Part shown: piece by piece, positions 1-14,340 of the stretch
Numbering within the stretch: the stretch's first letter is position 1
How the letters are laid out: every line of letters starts with the position of its first letter
Translations under genes and position numbers: made by a program
The notes under the pieces: generated by a model
Database searches by the model: none
Told to the model about the DNA's origin: nothing
Seen by the model: only the letters and a program-made list of their open reading frames with translations
Source of the DNA: Octopus vulgaris
Taxonomy: Eukaryota
Direction: 5' to 3'
NCBI GenBank assembly: GCA_951406725.2
Contig: OX597818.1
Location: 31,620,001 to 31,684,000, forward strand
DNA: 64,000 nt

Positions 1-942
1 TAGGCACAAGGCCACCAATATTGAGAAGAGGGGTTAGTTAAATCCCTCGTACTCAGTATCTGACTGGTATCTTATTTGATTGTGTTCCGAAGAGTCATTT
101 AAATAAAGCATCAATCGATGTTGCAATTTTGTTGAGGGGGTGAAAAACAGGAACACAGAGTACACAAAATATGCGAACACATGGTGATACCCTCAGCTAT
201 TAGTGATGGGCCTTTTAAGTGCAACCAATCAAAGATCACCAAAGTAGAAACTGTCAACCAATTGTCGTTGTATCCGACCTATAAATGCTTCCACTCCAAT
301 CATACTACAATCACCCGTCATTCGACAAATTCGTTGGAGGAAAGCACGCTCTTCCTCTACTTCTCCTCATCTCTTTCCTTTCCAAGTGAAGCCTGTAAAC
401 GTTTATGTGAACGTGGCCGAAGAAGGAAGTGGATCGTACCTATCCTTTGAGTCTCGATAACCACACATCTTTCACCATAGCCAGCAGAGGAAAGATGACT
501 TTTCATCCATAGTAAAGGGAAGTTGAGGAGATATATTTACTCGAATGTGAGTCCAGATCGCTCTCGATCTGGACTCGGTCGATAGCTGCTGGAAGTAACT
601 CAACAAGTTAGTAATGTTTGGACACTAACTGAGTGTGTGTATTGTGGTTTTGTCCTGACAGCACCGCTATATATATATATCACTTCCATTTCTGTAGAAT
701 GTATTTCAAACTGGTAGTACTCTTTCGTAGCAATGTCATCTTAAGGATGTTATTCATATTAGACCCCGACTTGAAAGTCTCCTTGAACAAACTAACCACA
801 TCGTAGAGACTTTGAGTTTTCCCGAGAACGTCATCTTCTTTCTCCTCCGTCTCTCCTTCGTGTGTTGCTAAAACTTCAACCCATCACGCCCAAATATTAA
901 AGGGAAGTGGATATCAGACGATAATCCAGCACCCAAATAATC

Positions 943-1414
943 CTTTCTACTATAGGCACACTGCTTGGATTTTGTGGGGAGAGAGGGACAGTCGATCACA
1001 TTGACCCCAGTACTCAAATGATACGTAATTTATCGACCCTGAAAGGAAGAAAGGCACAGTTGACCTCGGTGGAATTTGAACTCAGAACGTAGCGATGGCC
1101 GAAATACTGCTAAGCATTTTGCCCGGTGTGCTGACGGTTCTGCTAGCTCACCGCCTCATAAAAGCACCCAAATAATAATAATAATAATAACCCTTTCTAG
1201 TATCGGCCCAAGGCCTGACATTTTTTGTTTTATTTGTCGGGGTGCTTGTCAATTAGATCGATCCCAGTGCGTAACTGACACAAATTTCATCGACCCTGAA
1301 AAGTTGAAAGGCAAAGTCGGCATCGGCGGAATTTGAAGCCTGAACGTAAGGAGAGACAAAATGCCGCACAGCATTTTGACTGACGTGCTAATGATTCTGC
1401 CGACTCGCCGCCTT
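943..1414 (-). mobile_element. Two tandem SINE family B copies
   Basis: Reverse complement of family B twice (~943-1157 and ~1192-1414). Confidence 0.78.
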
Positions 1415-1418
1415 TACG

Positions 1419-1497
<79 letters not shown>

Positions 1498-1962
1498 TAA
1501 GATGGGCTACATCAAATATTCTGCTCAATACCACAGATTTGCTTGTCAGTTGTTTGACCTTAACCAGTTGACCATGTCCCTTAGTGACTGATGATATGTG
1601 CATCTCTGATCATGACCAGAAGTAGTAGGTGTGCATCATAGCCGTGTGTTGAGAGGGATTCTTTGGAGTTTGAATAATTCACCTCTGGAAACATGGGTAG
1701 TTCGTTCAACATCCTTATACAATCCTTATTCAGGGACCTTCTGAGCGGGAGGGGCTACACGATCAGAAGAAAATTCTAACTGGGACCCACTGCAAGGTCA
1801 TGCGCTGTTTATCTTGATATGAGATCACCATGTCGCGCACATATGGTCGTGATGCATATACCTGGTGTACCCTTATCAGACGGATAGTCATGATGGGTAT
1901 ACTGGGCTTCGTATATTTTACCCCAGTGTCACTTTGATGGCATGCACTGCTCTCTCACTCAA
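1498..1962 (+). mobile_element. Unclassified ~460-bp insertion bracketed by (AAT)n tracts
   Basis: A higher-GC segment between (AAT)n at 1419-1494 and (AAC/AAT/GAT)n at 1961-2098. It looks like a retroelement 3' part with a trinucleotide tail. Single copy in this window. Confidence 0.45.
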
Positions 1963-1988
1963 TAACAACAACAACAACAACAACAACA

Positions 1989-2100
<112 letters not shown>

Positions 2101-2380
2101 CTAAATTTTTGCCCAAGGCCAGCAATCCGCATCAACCTAACCAACATCAAAGCTCACAAGAAAAATTTTCTTTACTGTCTTTTACTGCAATGTTCTCTAA
2201 TGAAACACTCAGAAAAGGTTTCACATCCATACGCAGAAACGATTTTTTTTCTGGCATTTCTCACCAAGCACTAACTTGTTATATTTGTAACTATTTGCCT
2301 CTATGAACTGTTATATCGCCATGCATGTCTGTATACTAATCGTTCATTTAATAATACATGCTAGCTAGAACTGGGGTTAC

Positions 2381-2444
<64 letters not shown>

Positions 2445-3849
2445 TGATGATGATGATGATGATGATTCTAAATTTTGTCCTTAAGGACATCTGTCATAGT
2501 GACACTTAAACCCGCTCTGAAACCTTTCATTTATTTTCATTACTGCTCACTGTAAAGGGAGAGAAATAAATAGGTAGAAATTCATCATGGACAAAGATAA
2601 TCAATTGGTTCAGGCAAACGATGTTACAGGAAAAGTGGCTTTGTTAATCGGTCATCATTAAAGAGTGTTACATAGCAATATGTTACTGGGGTTACACGAA
2701 AAATAGAAGCAAACGCATAGCATGTAGGACTGGTAAGTATAATTTTAGAACCAAACGCATAGCATAGACTGGTAAGTATAATCTGGTAAGAATTGAGATC
2801 AGCAACTGAAATATTCATCGTTCACTTACTCTTTAAACTCCGATGGAAATTGGAAGATAATTGCAAATGTTTCCCAGTGACATTCAAGCCACAGAAGTAC
2901 GGATATTTCACATAACTAAACGGATAAATTCTAGTAAGTAGCTCGACTTGGCAATGGTCGTTGAGACCTGACGTTGCAAATGTCAAACCAAACGAAGATC
3001 GATATTATCCAAATTGGATGGTTTTGCCAGATGAATAGAATCAATCAAACAGAAACTAAAACATCAACAACAAATACTTTAACAATATTCAAGTGATGAA
3101 ATTTTCATCTAATTTATGTAAAATATTTCAGAATTGTGTTGAGTTATTTTGCAAATATCATTAAAATATCAACAAGATACCAACAAGATAAAATATCAGA
3201 CTGAAGCGAGACTGAATTTTAGATGAACTGTTTCCAGAAAGTATACGAATCAGACGTATTTATGAAAAATTTAATATGTTTGGTATCCCTGAGTGTAGTA
3301 ACGTAAAACATTTCTAATATATTACTGAAAAAATATTCCTCCTGTTTTAGCAACAAAACTCCCAGAAACTAATCTTCGTGGAATTTATCCGTTTCAGACA
3401 GTATTGTATATCTAGTAATAGGTTAATGTTATAAGGAATCTTAATCGTTGTTGTTCTTTTTGTTAAGAATAACAGCCAAATCTCTCTTAAATCGTTGTCT
3501 AATCTTTTAAAAAAGAGATCGACTGTATTGAATAATGTAATCTGAAAAAAAAGACAAAAGAAACTAGGCCTTTGCTAATAAAACTACACCACTGGTTTCG
3601 AATTGGATAGAAATGACGACGATGACAATAAGTAGCCAAAGTTAAGGAGATCTAAGAGGAAGACCATTCCGTAAGCATTATATTCATCCGATAGAAAATG
3701 TATTTGTGTGTGAATGGGAACACGGCATATAACTATTAGTTTATAACTCCATATGCTCTGTCACATTCCAATTCATAGACCTGGACAAATCATTGGTGTT
3801 AATACACGTATATTCTTCTCGTACAGACGCACAGCCTATAATAGTGAGA

Positions 3850-3907
<58 letters not shown>

Positions 3908-4545
3908 ATCTTTTGTCTATAATTTTTTACTGGTTTCAGTCATTGGACGGCGACAAATTGGATAAATATCTTCTACTATAGCCCCGGATCGACCAGTGCT
4001 TCGCGAACGAATTTGGTCGACGGAAACTATATAGGAGCCCGTCCTATACACATACATATATACATATATGTGTGTGTGTGTATGTATGTGTGTGTGTATG
4101 TGTGTGTATGTATGTGTGTGTGTATGTATGTATGTGTGTGTGTGTGTTTCTGTGTGTGATTTCCCTGCCCTCGTCTGGCAACCGATATAGATTTGTTTAT
4201 TTGTTTACACCCTCGTAACTTAGCAGTTCGGTAATATAGGTACCCAGTTTTAAAAATAAACACCCTGAGCGGTTTGTTCAACTACAATCCTTCAAAGTGG
4301 TGCCCCAGCCTGGCCGCTGTCCACTGTGTGAAGCAAGTAAAAAAAAAGTTGTAAGACTGTAGTCATCATTCTTATTGTAGTCGTTACTTTCATCGTTGCT
4401 ATCGTCGTCGAGTCTTTCTCACCATCATGTTGTACTACTTGGGTGGACACTCTCTAGGCAGGGTATGTTTTTGTGACATTGTATCAAGTCGTGGTTGTAC
4501 AGAATGTGTTTTGTTAGGTCATTGGTTAACTATTGTGTTGAATGT

Positions 4546-4791
4546 GGAGGCGCGTGGCTTAGTGGTTAGGGTGTCAGCATCATAATCGTAAGATTGTGGT
4601 TTCGATTCCTGGACTGGGCGACGCGTTGTGTTCTTGAGCAAAACATTTCATTTCACGCTGCTCCAGTCCACTCAGCTGGCAACAATGAGTAACGCTGCGA
4701 TGGACTGGCGTCCCGTCCAGCTTGGGAACACATACGTCATGGAAACCGGGAAACCGTGCCCATGAGCGTGGCTAGGCTTTAAAAGGGCGCA
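4546..4791 (+). mobile_element. tRNA-derived SINE family D (followed by a truncated tandem copy at 4792-4910)
   Basis: A box TGGCTTAGTGG, B box GTTTCGATTCC, body tgtgttcttgagcaaaaca…cactcagctg…gcgatggactggcgtcccgtcc. Confidence 0.82.
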
Positions 4792-4959
4792 GTGGAGGCG
4801 CGTGGCTTAGTGGTTAGAGTGTTGAACTCACGATCGTAAGGTTGTGGTTTCGATTCCTGGACCGAGCGATGCATTGTGTTCTTGAGCAAAACACTTCATT
4901 TCATGTTGCTCTTTGAATCGTTCTTTGAAATAAGAATCTCTTTTTGCGGCGTGCTGTCA

Positions 4960-5478
4960 GAATGGTGACCGCGTCGGACAATTTGCTTAGCGGTGTTTGT
5001 TCCGGCCCTTTACGTTCTGAGTTCAAAGCTCGATGGTGGCAACTTTGCCATTCATCCTTTTCGGCTCGATAAAATAAAATACCAGTCAAATACTGAAGTC
5101 GATATAATCGATTAATCCTCTCCTTAAAATCGCTAGTTCTGCACCTTAATCAGAAACAGTTAAAGGCCGCGAGTTCTGGGGAAAATGTTACCGCGATGGA
5201 TAAAAAGTTTAGCAGCATTTCCTGCGGTTTTATGCTCTCAAGCAACTAGCCCCCTCCCCTCAAAATTTCTGGCATTGTGCTTATAGTGGAAATAATTATT
5301 AAAGGAGGCGAGCCAGCAGAATTATTTGCACGACGGACAAAATGCTTGGCGGCATTTCTTCCGGCTTTACATTCTTTCAGGATCGGCAACACAAATACTC
5401 GTTGAATATTGAGGTCGATGTTATCGACAACTGCCTCTCCTAAAATTTCGAGCCTTCTGCCTATATTTGAGAGAATTA
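4960..5478 (+). mobile_element. Cluster of degenerate SINE family B copies
   Basis: Family B motifs repeated about three times. Confidence 0.65.
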
Positions 5479-6343
5479 TTATAATTATTTTGACATTCAT
5501 TTGACATTACGTGCTCAAAATACATTTTCATAACGCTACGTGAATCTTATACATCCGAGAGCGTTTGACTGTCAAAAACATTTATTCTTCGTATTTTAAC
5601 GACTCCGAGAAAATTGCGTAGCATCATATTACACGGGCAATTTATCTTGTAAGATGATTCTGATTGTTCAATTGTTCACTGATATGTGGTTTTAAAATCG
5701 TTTTCAAAGGAAGACAATTTAGTATTAATCATAGATTCTATGGTGCCAAACATAATCTGCAATCGCACAACTTATAAAGTTAACGAAACGGTAAAGAGTT
5801 AAATAAAGACTGAATTACGAAACGCCGTGCGTATGTAATATTTGTATCATAAATTGGATTAGTTTCAATAAAGTTTATCATGGCCGATCGACTTTAAGTA
5901 ATTAATTAACGACCGAAGCACATTAAATAAGAAGACATGCATAAATGATTTTCTGTATATAAATACTCTACGCTTCTAATGGCAGAGATGTACATCTATG
6001 GGTGTATACATATATTTATATGCACACGCACATACACAAACACGCACATATGCACAAATACATACATACACACACATAAGTAATCATCTACAATAGATAA
6101 CTAGCCATCAAGTCAGTATGGAATCATCTATGCATTCTCTTGACTTACTAGAAATGGTAGCTAAATTTACTTTAAATGATCCTTATCTGACTTTAAAAAA
6201 AACATATAACACTTTGAACAATGTAGTTTAGACACGCTGGTCACCCTGTCTAAATAAAATGCTGGAACGTCTTTGACACTAAGTCTATTCGAGCGTTGTT
6301 GATCTAAGGCATGACAACAACATATAGATGTAGAAAACGATTT

Positions 6344-6783
6344 GGATCTTTTCGGTTTGAACGGCAGTTTTTAACATAATTTCTAGGTAACTAAAAAATT
6401 ATAAACTTCGTATACTGGTAGAATGTGTTTATAAAACATCTTTTTCTTTTGGCTTTATTGAGAAAATTCTATAGTTTGTAAGATATTTGTTGTTTTTTTC
6501 TTCTACAATTTCTGCAATTTCAACCAATCAATGACCGTCTATTGAGGTGAAAACATTCTGTGCCGTATGAATATGTCCCTCGTTTAAGAAACAGATTGGG
6601 TTTATTTACATTTCTGAAGAAAAAAAGATACCCTTCCCCCACCCCTAACCCTAACCATAACCCTAACTAACCCTAACCCTAAAACAGATTGAAATGCAAT
6701 AGATCGATACTAGGGTCATAATTATGGGTGACAATTTCATATGACACCGCTTGAAAAAACTGCCGTTCAAACCGAAAAGATCC
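6344..6783. mobile_element. MITE with 8-bp TSD and GG...CC termini (Merlin-like)
   Basis: TIR ggatcttttcggtttgaacggcagttttt / aaaaactgccgttcaaaccgaaaagatcc. TSD aacgattt at 6336-6343 and 6784-6791. Internal (CCCTAA)n-like tract at ~6643-6683. The superfamily is inferred. Confidence 0.85.
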
Positions 6784-6954
6784 AACGATTTTCTATGAGG
6801 AATGCAATTAATTTACGGAAATATTCGTCGTATAATATAACAGGAAATAATTAACTGACGCAAACATACCAAACCATATGATATAAAATGTCTCGAAGTA
6901 AGTTGATTTCCGTAAAAATGTTCTGAAGAGTGTATTATCGGGTATAAGTGATAT

Positions 6955-7258
6955 CACGTGATCACGTGACCGACCAGACCATCAGATGTTGTTACACATC
7001 GCTGGTCACAATGCGTTCGCATTGTTTTAGCCTTCGAATGACGCCACCCCGCTGGCTAAGCGAGCAGGCCAACAGAAGAAAGAGTGGGAGAAAGAGTGGT
7101 GAAAGAGTACAGCAGGGATCACCACCCCCTGCCGGAGTCTCGTGGAGCTTTTAGGTGTTTTCGCTCAATAAACACTCACAACGCCCGGTCTGGGAATCGA
7201 AACCGCGATCCTGCGACCGCGAGTCCGCTGCCCTAACCACTACGCCATTGCGCCTCAC
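6955..7258 (-). mobile_element. SINE with a family C head and a different 3' tail
   Basis: Same tRNA head as the 51589 copy. TSD ataagtgatat at 6944-6954 and 7259-7269. Confidence 0.88.
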
Positions 7259-7912
7259 ATAAGTGATATACGCATATAAAAGTCTAAACATACAGTATAG
7301 CTTAAGTATTATATAGCATTTGTGCCTACGCTTTCTTTTACATTCATTCATAGCTTACTTTCTATGTGTGGTAAGAACTTTGCATTTCGGCTACATGGTT
7401 TCGGGTTCATTTCCAAGAGACTTCTTACATAGCCTCCGACCGACCAAAGTCCGTCGTGTGTGTGTGTGTCTTTGTGCACGAGCTCCCCCAACCAGTGTTT
7501 GTTTATGTCCCAGTAAACAAGCAGCTCATCAACAGAACCCGATAGGAGAGATACCAGGCTTCGATTCGTCGACTAAAAATTTTCAATGATAGCCCCAGCA
7601 CGATTTCAGTCTTATGACTAAAATAGTTAAGATTTTTTTCTAAATATATAGATTAGTTTTAGCCGCATCTTGGCCAGTCTACATACCTCAAGCTCAATCT
7701 TGTATATCATTATCAACTTCAGATCAGTAAAGTGGTTAGGAATTTCAACTTTTCAAGAGGAAGCAATGATTCCCAGTTATATATTGAATCAATTTATCCA
7801 ATTGTTTGTGTTCATTACTGAAATAAATTGTCCTGCGATACTTTACTCTCTAAGTGACAATCAAGAATTCATTAGTATAAAAATTGATATTGCAATAAAT
7901 TATTCATTTATG

Positions 7913-7982
<70 letters not shown>

Positions 7983-8092
7983 TTCAGATGAATATAGTAC
8001 TTAAGTTGAGGCACCTGAATTTAGTACGGTATTATCCATACAATTTCAAAGTAAGGGGATTAAAATCAAAATAAGCTTTGTTGCTTATTTTG

Positions 8093-8143
<51 letters not shown>

Positions 8144-8179
8144 TTAAGCTTTGTTGCTTATTTTGATTATATATATGTA

Positions 8180-8692
8180 CTAGCAGTATCGCCCGGCGTT
8201 GCTCGGGTTTGTAAGGGAAATAACTATATAAGCATTTTTAGAGAGTTACTTCCCTTATAGATGCCAATTCGGGCTTTCTTAGCCATTTCTGTTTTGGTGT
8301 CTTCAAGCCATGAAGTCGTTGTTCTAAAAGAACGATGGTCTCCTTGACAACGCTTTACGGCGTTGATTTCTTTACACTCCCTTCCCCACAGCTTCACGAG
8401 GGAGGGACGAAGGGGGAGAAGCAAACAGGTGCAGGTGTGACCATGGACGCCAACTCCGCCGCCATCGACACACGAAAAATTATGCATTAAAATGGAATAA
8501 AAAATTATGTTAAATTATTTTTAAAATCGTAGACTCATCGTAGACGCGCGCTAATACTCAGACGGGCTCGATATGAATCACGACTATAAGATACCCGAAT
8601 TTGGTTAAACTGCACCGCAAAATGTGGGAGTAGTTAGGAATCTAAATCGAAGGGGACAGACACTCACACAACTACAGTTTTATATATATAGA
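8180..8692 (-). mobile_element. Non-autonomous Helitron
   Basis: Minus strand begins TCTATATATATAAAA and ends in the GC hairpin cccgagcaacgccggg followed by CTAG. Inserted between A and T with no TSD. Confidence 0.85.
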
Positions 8693-8776
8693 TATATCAT
8701 TAAGATTCAGTTGAATTAGGTACTTAAATGAGGCGCTTTGTTAGGTCGGAGTGACATGCACTCCCAAACAATATTC

Positions 8777-9136
8777 TTTTCTATTCTAGGCACAAGGCAC
8801 GAAATTTTTGGGGAGTGGGCAGCCGATTAGTACTTAACGGGTACTTAATTTATTGACCTCGAAAAGATGAAAGGCAAAGTTGACCTCGGCAGAATTTGAA
8901 CTCAGAGCATAAAGACAGACGAAATACCTATTTCTTTACTACCAACAAGGGGCTAAACACAGAGAGGACAAACAAGGGCAGACAAACGGGTTAAGTCGAT
9001 TATATCGACCTCAGTGCGTAACTGGTACTTATTTAATCGACCCCGAAAGGATGAAAGGCAAAGTCGACCTCGGCGGAATTTGAAATCCGCTTAAGCATTT
9101 CGCCCTTCATGCTAACGTTTCTGCCAGCTCGCCCAC
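8777..9136 (-). mobile_element. Two stacked SINE family B copies
   Basis: atgaaaggcaaagt[t/c]gacctcggc occurs twice. Confidence 0.8.
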
Positions 9137-9256
9137 TTCACACCCAACCAATATCAAGTGAGTATCAAACACTGTGCAGAAGTGTTTGCACAAGATATCC
9201 TTTTACCACTTTGCCATGTGGGAAGGGGTGTACCATTTTTTTACAACATGTATTTA

Positions 9257-9780
<524 letters not shown>

Positions 9781-10210
9781 TATAGATATTCATCTGTGTG
9801 TATGTCTGTGTGCGTGTGAGTGTGTGTGCGTGTGCATGTCCGTGTGTGTTGTATAAGGGCATATAGAATCAAAACATTTGTGTCCTGGTATAAAGGGAAC
9901 GGTAAGAGAAATGTACAGTTTATAGAAAAGCGGTAAATAAACGAATAAATGATGTTAAGAACGATCTAAATTGGTTGTAGAATATATTTCATGTGGCTTC
10001 GAAATAGTAACTTTCCACAGCGCTCTATCCACATGAAAAAATAATTCTACTTTATGGTGAATGAATGTGATAGGTGCCACGCCGACTCCACGCCTTCTGA
10101 GTTGCTGGTTTGTCACGATACATCTGATAGCTACGCATATATTCCCTATATATGCAGATGCTTATAAAAACGACCGTACAAAGATATTTCTCTCTCTCTC
10201 CCTCACTCTC

Positions 10211-10273
<63 letters not shown>

Positions 10274-10445
10274 TGATGATAATAAAGGTTAAATTTATTA
10301 ATTAATTAATAAATAATAATTTTACCAAGTAGTTTCGGCATGTTAAAAGAACCATTATCGCTAAACTTAATAATTTTTATAATTATGAGTATAATTATAA
10401 TTAGGGTTCAGCAAAAAATTTGCTTCACTACATACCGAAATTTAG

Positions 10446-10497
<52 letters not shown>

Positions 10498-10706
10498 TAT
10501 TGAGTTAGACATGGCCTGGACCAATCTTTGGTCGAAACATATCTAAGTTTATCTAAGTTTATATATATGCATACATACACGCATATATATATTTGTGGAT
10601 ATATATACATTAATTTATGTTTATATATGTCTACGCATATGTATGCACACACACATATATAATATGATAGATATATATGTATGGATATCTATGTCTACCT
10701 ACCTAC

Positions 10707-10765
<59 letters not shown>

Positions 10766-11423
10766 AATATATATATAAATATATACATACATACATACAT
10801 ATACACACAGACACATACAGACACACACGCATACATATATAAATGTATAAGTCAACTACATATGCGTGTCATATAACCAGTAAGTTATATGAAATATTTT
10901 ACTTGTCAGAGAACGAATGTTCTGTTAACGGAACTGAGTGCAGTAAAGAAGAAATGTTTATTAAATTATCCACATACATAAATAAGCGTTTCAAATGCAC
11001 TCCTCGTTAATATATTACCAGGATTTCTGGAACTCTTTACCGTTGCGATAAAAATTGTACTAGAGGACAACCTCTTTTCATAAAATCTGCAAATCCTGAC
11101 AAGCGCTGCCTGAAACGTGTTATCCATGTAACTTTTATACACCTAACAGAAGAGTAAGAATGTTACGTTCTAAAAGGTACTTGAAAAGAGGGGGGATTTT
11201 CATGCAAAAAGCCAACTATATATTTAGTGATTGCACTACACTAGAGGGGCTCATTTTGAAATTTGTAATGTACTGTAAGTTTGAAGTACTTACCACCAAC
11301 TATAGAATTGTACACTCTGGGATATAGGAAATAGTTTTTTATAAAAATACACTGCTGTTTTATATAAGCTTTGTGAGTGGATTTGGTAGACGGAAACTGG
11401 AAGAATCCCGTCGAATATATATA

Positions 11424-12704
11424 CGAGGGGCGTTCAATAAGTAATGCCCCTGACCCACTTGTTGTTTGATCTAGCTGAAATTTTGCATGTGCAATTATTT
11501 ATATCTCTATAGATTACGTGGCAAATTACAGCTCTGAACTAATTGTGGTTTCTGATTTACAGGTGTTTGAACTGAGTCAAGTGTGAAACGGAGCCTGTTG
11601 AGTGTCGAGCAGTGATGCGGTTTTTGTATTTGAAAGGACGCACACCACGGGAGACTTTTGATGAAATAAAAGTAACTTATGGTGATGATGCCCCATCATA
11701 TGACCTTGTAAAACGCTGGCATCGTGAATTCAAACATGGTCGGAACTTTGTGGAAACAGCTCCCAGATCTGGTCGCCCCCTTCTGCCATTGATGAGGCAT
11801 CTGTCTGTCAAGTTGAGGCTGCCAATTTGGAAGATCGACGCATAGCTATTCGCCAAATAGCCCATGAGGTCAAGATTAGTACCGGGTCTGTGGAAACTAT
11901 CATTCATGACCATTTGCATATGCAAAAGGTGTCTGCTAGATGGATTCCCAGGTTGCTCACACCTTTCCCGAAGCAAGAACGCGTCGATTGCGCGAGGATG
12001 AATTTGAAGATGTGCCAAGAAGATGAGTCAAAAATTTTCAAAAGACTGATTACACAGGATGAAACCTGGGTCCATCACTATGATCCAGAGACCAAAGCCC
12101 AGTCAATGCAGTAGAAGCACCGTGACTCACCTCCTCCAAAGAAGGCAAGGGTGCAGCCCTCCGCTGGCAAGGTCATGCTCACAGTCTTCTGTGAGGAGTA
12201 GTGATGACAGATTTCCTGGCAAAGGGTGCCACAATTACAGGAGTCTATTATGCTTCACTTTTGAGGAAATTAAGAGAAGCTATCAAAATCAAGAGGCGGG
12301 GCAAGATCAGCAAAGGCATCCTCCTCTTGCAGGACAACGCTCCGATCCACAACTCGCGTGTCGCCAGATCAGAAGCACAGGCGTGCGGCTATGAACTCAT
12401 CCCCCATCCCCCCTACTCTCCTGACCTGCACCCTCTGATTTTCACCTCTTCCCAGCCATGAAGTTGTTTTTGAAAGGAAAGCGTTTCCCAGATGATGCAG
12501 CCTTGATTTCTGAAGTCACGTCGTGGTTGGAGGACCAAGCTGGGGTCTTCTACAAAAACGGTCTTCAGAGCTGCATCAAACGATGGGAGAAATGCATAAC
12601 TCTGGGTGGTTCCTATGTAGAAAAAGACTAATAACTGTGCCACGTTTCGTTGCTCTACTGCTATGGGAAGTGGGTCAGGGGCATTACTTATTGAACGCCC
12701 CTCG
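11424..12704 (+). mobile_element. Mariner (DD34D-type) DNA transposon, full length but inactive
   Basis: Perfect 37-bp TIRs cgaggggcgttcaataagtaatgcccctgacccactt (11424-11460 / 12668-12704), TA on both sides, 1281 bp long. Confidence 0.96.
11588..12631 (+). pseudogene. Mariner transposase pseudogene
   Basis: Fragments include PRSGRP, ARWIPRLLT, ITQDETWVHHYDPETK, LLLQDNAPIH and HPPYSPDL, ending GSYVEKD-stop at 12631. The start codon appears as ACG (11588); there are several frameshifts and an in-frame TAG at 12112. Confidence 0.93.
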
Positions 12705-12944
12705 TATATATATATATATGTTTGAGTATCTGTGTTTTGCTTCCCCCAATCCACCATTGCTTGACAAACGATGTTGGTGTGTTTACATCCCCATATCTTA
12801 GCGGTTCGGCCAAAGAGACCGATAGAATAAGCACTAGGCTTACAAAGAATAAGTCCTGGGTTCGATTAGCTCGACTAAAGGCGGTGCTCCATCAAGGCCG
12901 TTGTCAAATGACTGAAACAAATAAATGAATATATATATACATAA

Positions 12945-12997
<53 letters not shown>

Positions 12998-13399
12998 ACG
13001 CTTAATAGAAAAATCAAGAATTGTTAAATAGTATCCAATATCGTTTACCTAAATATTTTATATTATATTCTTCGTATGTGGTATGCCAGGAATGCTGGAT
13101 ATAACGAACAAGTACTCTAGAAGGAAACAAGTTTGAGAACTTCTACCCTACGCTCTAAAGGCATTTTCCGCTTAGGTAAGAAGGTAGATATTACGTAGGT
13201 AGAGCAGATTATTTTATCAAAATCCTCAGTCAACATACGATTTACGAAGGTATATACCAAGCAAACTATTCAGTTTTTTCCACGAAATGAGAACATTGTA
13301 CGCAATACTAAGAAATTAAGCTTTGATTTCAAATAGTTACCATTGTTGTAATTTGGTGGGATATAATAATAGTGATTGTCAACAATTGCTTCGTTAAAT

Positions 13400-14340
13400 A
13401 TATGTTTTAAATGAACCAATCCCTGATTCAGTGGTTAGAGTCACATAAACTCTGTTACCTGGGATTTGAAGCCTGCATTCTATCAGCATGTATATTGTTA
13501 TCAAGTGTTGACGAACAGTGCAGTCTATTCTAAGTACTGATGGACTGGGGAATGTGTACATTTTGGAGATCACTGTTGCTGTATTGTTTCCAGCAATGCA
13601 AGGTGCTGAAGGGGAGGCTGTCCATGCCATTTGCTCTATCGACGGCAATATCCCTGAAAGGTTTCATTTGAACTGCAATGAGTTCAGTTTATCACATGTA
13701 AACTTCATCCAGGATGATAGGCAGGCAGGCTTACTCCATGATGATTTGCTTTTATTCGTTTGTATACTGTGAGTTTTTGTTATATTTCTTGCCTGTAATT
13801 TTACATAAGGTCAAATCCATTTTCTTGCGTTAAATATCCCAAATAATGATCTAATCATAATCAGTTTGCTGAATGTGGTTACATCAAGCATCTTAGGTTG
13901 CATTTCTAAAGCATAATAAAAAGTTTGATTTGTGTACTATTATGCTAACATTGCTTTACACTGTAATAGTTCAAATGGCAGCTGTCTAGAACTCAATCTC
14001 GCAAAGGAAAGAAACATATTTTACTGCTGAACGTAGTGGTGCCTTTGTTAATATAAACTATCCTCAAGTATTGACCAGATCATCTATGAAGAATGAGAAT
14101 AGACCAAGGGCTTAAAGCAAGTATTGAGCCTTATGAAATTGGTATACTGGTGGGCGACAGGTGGATGCATGTTATATTCAGGTACATTTATAGTCGTCTT
14201 AATAGTTTTCTTTGCATTTCCGTTGATTCTAGTTCGGTGCATTGTCCATTGTATCAAAGGCTTCTCCGATGCCCAGAGCTATGGCGGACATATTTCCTGC
14301 CATAGTTCTACATCTTTAGTAGGGTATTGAGAACGTCGGC
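13400..14340 (-). pseudogene. Highly decayed non-LTR retrotransposon RT relic
   Basis: Minus-strand pieces AIALGIGEAFDTM (cf. LDxxKAFD) and *GSIL..SPW/LFSFFIDDL (cf. QGSxLSPxLFxxFIxDL) at ~14060-14290. The leftward extent is uncertain. Confidence 0.55.

Larger units (their letters stand above)
11368..12928 (+). mobile_element. SINE family A copy interrupted by the mariner
   Basis: The left flank gtgagtggatttggtagacggaaactg and the right flank ttgacaaacgatgttggtg…caaatgactgaaaca are contiguous parts of family A. Confidence 0.85.
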
